This document shows positions 61,945-64,000 of a DNA stretch of 64,000 nucleotides, in pieces. Each line of letters begins with the position of its first letter. Position 1 is the first letter of the stretch. The stretch lies in assembly GCA_038087875.1 (NCBI GenBank), contig CM075990.1, positions 3,536,001 to 3,600,000 of the forward strand, written 5' to 3'. Source of the DNA: Malacoraja senta. Its lineage: Eukaryota. Below the pieces are notes generated by a model. The model was given only the letters and a program-made list of their open reading frames with translations. It did not search any database and was not told the origin of the DNA. A program made the translations under genes and the position numbers.

Positions 61945-62575
61945 AGTTGCTTAAGGTAGACACAAATTGCTGGAGTAACTCAGCGGGTGAGGCAGCATCT
62001 CTGGAGAGAAGGAATGGGCGACGTTTCGGGTCGAGACCCTTCTTCAGACTGATGTCAGGGGAGGGGGCGGGACAGAGATAGAATGTAGGCGGAGACAGTA
62101 AGACTGGTGGGTGAACTGGGAAGGGGGAGGGGATGGAGAGAGAAAGTAAGGGCTATCTGAAGTTAGAGAAGTCAATGTTCATACCGCTGGGGTGTAAACC
62201 ACCCAAGCGAAATATGTGGTGCTGTTCCTCCAATTTGCGCCGGGCCTCACTCTGACGATGGAGGAGGCCCAGGACAGAAAGGTCAGATTGGGAATGGGAG
62301 GGGGAGTTGAAGTGCTGAGCCACCGGGAGATCAGGTAGGTTAAGGCGGAGTGAGCGGAGGTGTTCAGCGAAACGATCGCCGAGCCTGCGCTTGGTCTCGC
62401 CGATGTAGAGATGTCGACACCTGGAACAGCGGATACAGTAGATGAGGTTGGAGGAGGTGGAGGTGAACCTCTGCCTCACCTGGAAAGACTGTTTGGGTGC
62501 TTTGGTGGAGTGGAGGAGGGAGGTAAAGGGACAGGTGTTGCATCTCCTGAGATTTATGGGGAAAGTACCAGAGGA
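61945..62575 (-). mobile_element. Penelope-like element 3' end: GIY-YIG endonuclease domain, 3'UTR and hammerhead module
   Basis: RCNTCP...NLIYCIRCSRC.HLYIGETKRRLGDRFAEH...VAQHFN...RKLEEQH.IFRLG.L.PSGMN. Stop at 62153, then an intact core at 62020-62047. Confidence 0.93.
62020..62047 (-). ncRNA. Minimal hammerhead ribozyme-like motif about 105 nt downstream of the GIY-YIG stop codon
   Basis: Minus strand CTGAAGAAGGGTCTCGACCCGAAACGTC. Confidence 0.65.
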
Positions 62576-62576
62576 G

Positions 62577-62925
62577 GCCATCCTGAAGCCGCGGTCTCTG
62601 GTAGGAAAGTGCCGATTTGGGCATTCCAAGTGTGTTCGACCGTCCCGACGTCGGAGTTTGGATCATCCCGACGAGAGGGCCTGTACATCCAGCCGTCCGT
62701 AGCGATGACTACGGGACCTGACCACAGATGAACAAAGGAGGAGGGCTGACTGAATGTTGTTGCCTTCCACCACAGTGAAGAATGCTGTGGTGGATGTTTG
62801 TGTTAAATTCTATTGTGTATTGTGTGTTCTTTTTTTAAGTGTATCGCTGCTGGCAAATTCATTTCACTGCACCTTCGGGTGGATGTGACCAATAACATTG
62901 ACTTTCACTTTAACTTTGACTTTAA
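62577..62925 (+). mobile_element. Second copy of the unclassified retroposon at 34301-34655
   Basis: Shared GAAGCCGCGGTCTC(C/T)GGTAGG head block and a shared 3' part of about 150 bp. Confidence 0.65.
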
Positions 62926-64000
62926 TTGGATCGGTGTAAATTGTCCCTAGTGTGTGTAGGATGGTGTTAATGTGCGGGGATCGCTGGTCGGTGCAGACTC
63001 GGGGGGGCCAAAGGGCCTGTTTCCGCGCTGTATCCCTAGCCTAAACCAAACTAACGTCCAGGTATGCTTGCCAGGTGCATCTTTACTAAGACATTGGTGC
63101 AGGGGCAACAGGTAACATTCAGCTTTGCCCGGTGTCTGAAGAAGAGTCCCAACCCGAAACGTCACCTTAAAGGGTCTGAACAAGGGTTCCAAATTGAAAC
63201 ATCTCCTTTCCATGTCCTCCACAGATGCTGCATGACCGTTGAGCTACTCCAGCACTTTGTGTGTTTTTTTGTAAGCCAACATCTGCGGTTCCTTGTGTCA
63301 AAATTAATATGAGGGGAATAGAATAGGCATATGGATATTCAGGGCATGGAGGGATATGGATTATGTGCAGGTAGATATGAGATGGTCTTCGCATCATGTA
63401 CAGCACAGACATTGTGGGCCGAAGGGCCTGCTCTTGTGCTGTACTGTTCTATGTTCTATATTCTAAAAGATCCTACACCACACATTTTATTGTCCTTTTA
63501 CAGAACACACATCTTTCCCTCACCAAGGCATATTGGGCTGTAGTCCCGATCTCTCAATCTACCTCATTGAAGCCTTTGCACTTTTTTTCCCCTGCACTTT
63601 CTCTGTAGCTGTAACACTATATTCTAGTTTACAATGTTACCAAAGCCAATTAACCCAGGATATGGGTGGAAGGAAACAGGGGGGAGGGGAAAAAAGGGTG
63701 AAAAGGTGAGTTAATTTCCCTTTTAATCATTAATATATATTTTTTTGTGATTTAAATAATATCCCTTTTATCCCCCAATTTTACCCCTTCCCCCATCCCC
63801 TTCCACCTACATTCCTCCCTCTGGCTTTACATTTCACTCACCTGTATCCACCTATCGCTCACCAGGCTTTGCCCCACCCCTATCCCTATCCCTATCCCTA
63901 TCCCCCCCCCCCTACTACAATCAGTCTGAAGAAGGGCCCAGACTTAAAATGTTGCCCGTGCACTAGTTCAACGGGGCTTTATTTGCCACGTATGTAACTG

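Overview
Vertebrate intronic or intergenic DNA, very probably from a cartilaginous fish (skate or ray). This is inferred from HE1-like V-SINEs and HER1/CR1 LINEs. Most of the window is transposon-derived, and no host protein-coding gene can be confirmed; the long ORFs are retroelement remnants or microsatellite artefacts. Retroelements: many CR1 3' fragments, more than 25 tRNA-derived V-SINE copies, a 2.7-kb 5'-truncated L1 with a 14-bp TSD, Rex1/Babar, L2 and Tx1 fragments, four Penelope-like (GIY-YIG) 3' ends, and a solo-like LTR with a PBS. The most striking signal is about 30 intact or decayed copies of a ~120-150-bp Penelope terminal module. It carries a minimal hammerhead-ribozyme core (CTGAAGA-A-GGGT[CTCG]ACCC-GAAA-CG-TC), and many copies form inverted pairs. 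DNA elements: eight PIF/Harbinger-type MITEs in five internal families sharing one 15-bp terminus with TAA/TTA TSDs, a Tigger MITE resembling mammalian MER47/Tigger5 (from recall), a hAT MITE, a P-element-like MITE with an 8-bp TSD, and a non-autonomous Helitron carrying a 48-bp minisatellite. The window also has a 2.1-kb compound CA microsatellite, a 200-N gap with duplicated flanks, a SoxE-motif cluster, a consensus CTCF site and three candidate minus-strand exons. Retroelement fragment boundaries are read by eye and approximate; TIR and TSD coordinates were counted base by base.
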